A DNA stretch of 64,000 nucleotides from Minisyncoccota bacterium (GTDB lineage: Bacteria; Patescibacteriota; Minisyncoccia; Phycocordibacterales; SBAW01): positions 1,104 through 65,103 of the forward strand of contig DASZRD010000007.1 of NCBI GenBank assembly GCA_035549255.1, read 5' to 3'. Made by a program: the position numbers and the translations under genes. Shown here piece by piece: positions 59,530-64,000 of the stretch (position 1 is its first letter; the number at the start of each line of letters is the position of its first letter). A model generated the notes under the pieces. It worked only from the letters and a program-made list of their open reading frames with translations, made no database searches and was not told the DNA's origin.

Positions 59530-62500
59530 TTATTTTTGCTTGTCGCCGAAGTTATTCTTGGTCGAATTCGTACCGGAATCGACTCTCACGATATTGGGAG
59601 AATCTGTCTCCTTCCAGCCGTTCTGCACTATTTCACTAAGGGTGTACTTCCCTACCTTAAGACCGGTGAAGCTGTAGTTGCCGTTGGCATCGGTAGTAGT
59701 GGTTACCGTACCATAAGGCCCCTTGAGCTTGACGGTCCAGCCGGCGAGACCTGCTTCGCCTTTATCTTTGTGGCCATTCTTGTTCTTGTCGTTATAGACC
59801 GTACCGGAGATAGAGCCCAGCTTGAAGGTTCCGAAGTCTTTATTGCGCGCGATCTGCCCCGCCGCTAGAGCAAAGGTGTAGACGCCGCTCGAAGGATACG
59901 TTTCGATCGAGCCGGTCGGTACTATTTCGCGGACGTGATACGTACCCGCCGCAAGACCGAGGAAGCTGTAGATGCCATGCTTGTCGCTTACCGTGGTCAG
60001 CTCTCCGGTATCCCAGTGGCCATTGTTATTGGTGTCCAAGTAGACCGTAACATTGGGCACGGCAACCTCCCAGCGGGTTTCGAACGAAGAGCCGTCGCCG
60101 TCCCAATCCTCGAAGGTGGTACCGCGGATCGCACCGAGCTTGGTATTTTTGGTGTTGGTGAGCGTGCACGAGAGGTTGTCGCCGGCATCAAGCACTACCG
60201 AGGTGCAGGTAGAGTCGGTCTGAGTCCAGCCCGATTTTGAAGTCTCAGTGACCGTATATGTGCCCGGCGCCAGGTTCGAGAATGTCTGGCTGCCCACGCC
60301 GCCCGCGGTCGTTATCTGGAAGTTGCCGATGCCGTTCGTGCCGTTGAAGTTGAAGGTGTCATTCCCGCCGATAGTGTCTTTGTAGACGGTAAGCGTCGCG
60401 GTCGTCGGGCACGACGCATTGTAGACGATCACGTACGCATCGCTGGTGAGGCCGTCGGTAAATGCCGCCGTTGAGGAAGTCGCATTTTGCGCCGCATCAG
60501 CGAAATTTACGAGGCTTGTCTTGTAACCTTGCAATAGATATTTGCCGGGCGCGCAGGACGCGAGCGAGGAGACTACCTCACTTGAAGGATCATCCACTAT
60601 TTCGTTCGTAGAATAGGTCGCGCCCTGCGACATCGCGGCCGTGTCAGCGCCATACGCATCTGTTGCGCCGCCGAAGTTGTCGCCCAGGGTGTACGAACCG
60701 GAGCCTGAACCGATGTTAGAAGCGCTCCAGCTGGATTGCATCGGGAAAAGATAGTTGTTTGCCGATGCCGCAGTTGCCTCGCTTCCATCGAGATACTTGA
60801 GTATGTGCACCTTCACGGTAGATGCGGGCGCGCAGGTGTCATTCCACACAATGACATACTCGTTGCTTGCGAGATTAGAGAAGTTGGGAGGGGTCGTGCT
60901 CTGGTCAGCTGCCAGTGCAGCCGCGAAGGTAGGGCCACTGGAGTAGCCTATCAATTCGTAGGGATCAGCACTGCAGTCGGCGCCTACAACCGTGCCGGAG
61001 GTATCTTCGTTAGTCGTATAAGTTGAGCCGGCATCCATAGCGGCAGTTACTGCCTCGTATGAGTCGACGGGGCTAAGCGCGTAGGTGCCGCTGCCTGCGC
61101 CGCCAATATTGGCCGCATTCCAAGAAGAAGCCATCGGGAAGGAAGCTGTCGCGGCGGTAGTGCTCGCCGCAACACCATCGATAAACTTATCGATGGTAAC
61201 CGTGTAGGTTGAAGGCGCCGCCGTGTAATACGTTACAAGGCCAAGATTGGGATGGTCGAGCTGATCGATGATCATTCCATCCTCGGTGGTGCGCTGCGTT
61301 GCGTTCATAGCATCGCCAGTAAGGCCGCCGAATGTCGCTCCGATAGCGTTAACGGGAGCAGTTTGATAGTTAGCAATATCCGTATGAGCATCTCCGCTGA
61401 ACGCTATATGCGTAAGGTCGAGCGTCGTGCCGTCGCTCGTAACGGTGTTGGCGGGAGTGGCATACGTAGCCTCATTCGCGTCGTCGTCGCCTTCGATATG
61501 AATCCCGGCGCCGTTGCCCGCGCCACCGCCATTTCCCGAAATAATATTGGAGCCAGTGAAGTGTACGCCGCTTATATTGGCGCTTCCGCCAATCGATGTC
61601 GGGCTATTATCGTTGCCAATAGTGTAGAACGAGATCCCCGTCCAGCCGTTGTTGCTGGCTGTGATGTTATTGAAGGTAATGTCGCTGCTGGGCGTCGCTT
61701 GATCGCCGGCCGTATACGCGGCCGTAACCGCAAACCCGTTCTTATGGAAGCCGTCCGCGGTAACCCCATCGATCAGCACGTGGCTGGTCGTATTGATATC
61801 CACGCCGCCGCCCGTATTGCCACTGCCGCCGTTGAAGGTGTCGTCGGTAAGCGTGAGCCCGTCGGCCTTGTACGCCTTGAACGCATACGTCGTGGCCGGA
61901 GAAGCATTCACGGTAATGCCGCTCATGGCAAACCCGGTTGCAACATTTCCCGGCTCATCAAGATCAAAGCCGTACCCGGAATCGAGATTGAGAATGACCG
62001 AGCCGGTTCCCTTGATCGTAAGGTTGCCCGTGGCGATCACGACATTGCCGCTATAAGTGCCCGCGGCAACATTGACGGTGCCGCCCGTCACGACGGCGTT
62101 GACGCCGTTTTGGAAGGTGTCGATCGGCCCGAGCGGGTCGCCCTGCGCGCCCGCGGCGCCGGTGGTCGCAACGGTCACTGCCGTACGATTGGCCGCGGTA
62201 TAGCCTTGATCCTGAACGGACCAGCCGGCGTTCGCGGTGCTGAGCGCCAGGATTGCGCTTTGCGTCGCCAAGGGAGCGGTGCCTCCGGGGTAAGGGTTGC
62301 TATGGACCGTAGTCCCGTCCCAATTTCCATTAAGATGAAGGTTCATCCCCCAATCGTTGCCATAGAGCCCTTGCGTATTGCCCGAAATCGTAATACCGGT
62401 GCCGTCGGTATACTGGACCGAAATGCCCGACTTGGAGTTGTCGATGACGTTATTGGTCACTGAACCGGTAGTATTCCGGCCATCGATAAGGATATCGTTG

Positions 62501-62964
62501 CGGAGATTGGCAATGGTATTGTTGGTGATCGTAAAACCCGTAAAGCCATTCTTTACGACAATGCCGCGGGTTATATTGCTGCCCCACGGATAAGTCGTAT
62601 AAGACTGATCAGCAGGCCCCTCGATATCGAAGCCCTGGATCGTTACATTATTCGCATTGATGGTGAATCCATTGGAGCTTGCGCCGTCGGCGACGACAAG
62701 TTTGGCGCCAGTCGCACCGGTAATAGTGACAGGCGTTGAAATGATGACATCTTCCGTATACGTTCCTGCCGCTACATTGATGGTATCTCCGGAGGACGCG
62801 TGATTTACCGCAGCCTGGATAGTGCAGTACGGCGGCGTAGTCCCCGTATCATCGCACGTACCGCTATTGTCTACGGTTAAGGTGCTTGCCGAAGCAAGAG
62901 CTGGTAATACGAGAAATGCGAGACCGACCAGTGCTGAAGAGACCCCAGGAATGTATCGCTTCAT
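59530..62964 (-). CDS. large secreted/surface protein: right-handed beta-helix regions, two internal repeats, SdrD-B/Cna-B-like domains
   Basis: Signal peptide MKRYIPG...ASA; TIQAAVNHASSGDTINVAAGTY; VYLDTNNNGHWDTGE; SISGTVYNDKNKNG; TTTDANGNYSF. Confidence 0.85.
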   Translation of the reverse strand: MKRYIPGVSSALVGLAFLVLPALASASTLTVDNSGTCDDTGTTPPYCTIQAAVNHASSGDTINVAAGTYTEDVIISTPVTITGATGAKLVVADGASSNGFTINANNVTIQGFDIEGPADQSYTTYPWGSNITRGIVVKNGFTGFTITNNTIANLRNDILIDGRNTTGSVTNNVIDNSKSGISVQYTDGTGITISGNTQGLYGNDWGMNLHLNGNWDGTTVHSNPYPGGTAPLATQSAILALSTANAGWSVQDQGYTAANRTAVTVATTGAAGAQGDPLGPIDTFQNGVNAVVTGGTVNVAAGTYSGNVVIATGNLTIKGTGSVILNLDSGYGFDLDEPGNVATGFAMSGITVNASPATTYAFKAYKADGLTLTDDTFNGGSGNTGGGVDINTTSHVLIDGVTADGFHKNGFAVTAAYTAGDQATPSSDITFNNITASNNGWTGISFYTIGNDNSPTSIGGSANISGVHFTGSNIISGNGGGAGNGAGIHIEGDDDANEATYATPANTVTSDGTTLDLTHIAFSGDAHTDIANYQTAPVNAIGATFGGLTGDAMNATQRTTEDGMIIDQLDHPNLGLVTYYTAAPSTYTVTIDKFIDGVAASTTAATASFPMASSWNAANIGGAGSGTYALSPVDSYEAVTAAMDAGSTYTTNEDTSGTVVGADCSADPYELIGYSSGPTFAAALAADQSTTPPNFSNLASNEYVIVWNDTCAPASTVKVHILKYLDGSEATAASANNYLFPMQSSWSASNIGSGSGSYTLGDNFGGATDAYGADTAAMSQGATYSTNEIVDDPSSEVVSSLASCAPGKYLLQGYKTSLVNFADAAQNATSSTAAFTDGLTSDAYVIVYNASCPTTATLTVYKDTIGGNDTFNFNGTNGIGNFQITTAGGVGSQTFSNLAPGTYTVTETSKSGWTQTDSTCTSVVLDAGDNLSCTLTNTKNTKLGAIRGTTFEDWDGDGSSFETRWEVAVPNVTVYLDTNNNGHWDTGELTTVSDKHGIYSFLGLAAGTYHVREIVPTGSIETYPSSGVYTFALAAGQIARNKDFGTFKLGSISGTVYNDKNKNGHKDKGEAGLAGWTVKLKGPYGTVTTTTDANGNYSFTGLKVGKYTLSEIVQNGWKETDSPNIVRVDSGTNSTKNNFGDKQK

Positions 62965-63166
62965 ACGGTTACAGAATATTAAATTGTTAATTAACACGCT
63001 TTATTGTAGCGGCATCCAAAATGAACCCGACATGAAAGATGGTCGTTTGCGTGTGCATAAGTCTCTTTTCAAACATTCGAGATTGCCTGCCGACCTTGCG
63101 TCAAGATATGCGCACGGCAGGAATGCCGCGGGCGCATGCTCCTTTCATGCTAGGATAGCCCTATAT

Positions 63167-63721
63167 ATGGAGGGCCTGCCCAGCTCTATCACACTGACGA
63201 TCGCCGTGCTTACCGTATTCCTGGTATTCATTACCGCACTCAAATACGGCATCGAGGACAACTTCAAGCGCACGCGCCTCATCATGACGGCGTTCTTCCT
63301 CTTTATCGTGGCGACGCTCACGATCGCCTTCCGCCAGTACACGATGGCGACGCTCCCCTTCAGCGCGCCCGCGTTCCTGGTCGGCGCGGCGATCGGCTAC
63401 TTCGTCGGCGTGAGAACGGCGCAGGAGAAGCTGATGGCCCAGGGCGCCGCGCACTATATGGAGCATTTCGCGCATGTGCGCTTCGAGGATTTGCAGGCGT
63501 TCAATTGGTGGGCGCTCGTCAACTTCTATTCGGTCATGAGCGCGCTCGTACTCATCAACCTTGTCGGGCTTTCAACGGTGATCTTCCGCCAGGCGGAGGG
63601 CTGGGCAATCGGGACGAGCGCGCTCGGCGCGCTCCTGCTCGGCACTATAGCGCCGTATCTCCTTCACCTCTGGAGCATCAGGACGACGCAGGCCACAAGT
63701 AAGACGACCAACGAAGCGTAG
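63167..63721 (+). CDS. hypothetical multi-TM membrane protein
   Basis: ATG at 63167 after TGcTAGGAT; ~5 hydrophobic helices. Confidence 0.7.
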   Translation: MEGLPSSITLTIAVLTVFLVFITALKYGIEDNFKRTRLIMTAFFLFIVATLTIAFRQYTMATLPFSAPAFLVGAAIGYFVGVRTAQEKLMAQGAAHYMEHFAHVRFEDLQAFNWWALVNFYSVMSALVLINLVGLSTVIFRQAEGWAIGTSALGALLLGTIAPYLLHLWSIRTTQATSKTTNEA

Positions 63722-64000
63722 AAGATTCCCCGCCCCCATTTCTTGGCCCTAGGCGAGGGGTCATGTGCGATAAAGAGTGGCACGCCGGCGGCGGTATATT
63801 CCGGATACCGGTACGTGGCGATCGCCAAAAAGTGCGGGATCTGCCAGAGATACATCGCGGTAAAGAGCGCCCAAGCATACCAATCGAGGCTGCCGGTAAC
63901 GGCGAGGTAGCCGGCCATGGGCGGCGTGGCGCCCGCGACCGCGCCCACGAAGAGCGCCCAGGGGCTCACGGGCTTCAGCGGCGTATAGAGAAGCACATAG
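63664..64000 (-). CDS. cyoE: protoheme IX farnesyltransferase (heme O synthase), C-terminal part
   Basis: LYTPLK, VGAVAGATPPMAGY, LWQIPHFLAIA, EYTAAGVP are CyoE/CtaB motifs; runs off window end. Confidence 0.85.
   Translation of the reverse strand, partial: YVLLYTPLKPVSPWALFVGAVAGATPPMAGYLAVTGSLDWYAWALFTAMYLWQIPHFLAIATYRYPEYTAAGVPLFIAHDPSPRAKKWGRGIFYASLVVLLVACVVLMLQR

Overview
A 64-kb stretch of a GC-rich (roughly 55-60% by eye) bacterial chromosome using genetic code 11. Gene content and style point to Patescibacteria/CPR, most likely Parcubacteria (inference): short AlaRS, uL13 and YchF, archaeal-type AspRS, a sigma4/HTH protein and a streamlined F1Fo operon. It is mostly housekeeping on the minus strand: gltX, murG-ftsW-mraY, scpAB, aspS, trpS, grpE-dnaK-(ABC)-dnaJ, infA-rpmJ-rpsMKD-rpoA-rplQ-rplM-rpsI, alaS, ung, mnmA, mltG, leuS, ychF, an RND pair, tRNA-Ala(GGC), the atp operon, a large beta-helix surface protein and a partial heme O synthase. 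The standout is a ~287-nt intergenic structured RNA (minus strand, 20257-20543) with its own promoter, a 9-bp closing helix and a terminator. It contains a near-complete copy of the 23S rRNA L1 stalk (H76-H78) next to a perfect tRNA T-arm, with no rRNA or tRNA gene around it. Other notable items: a Nudix domain and a palindromic in-frame insertion in LeuRS, a 30-aa membrane smORF inside the atp operon, an AT-rich trpS, and widespread leaderless-type promoters. All structures and homologies were judged by eye; no searches were run.
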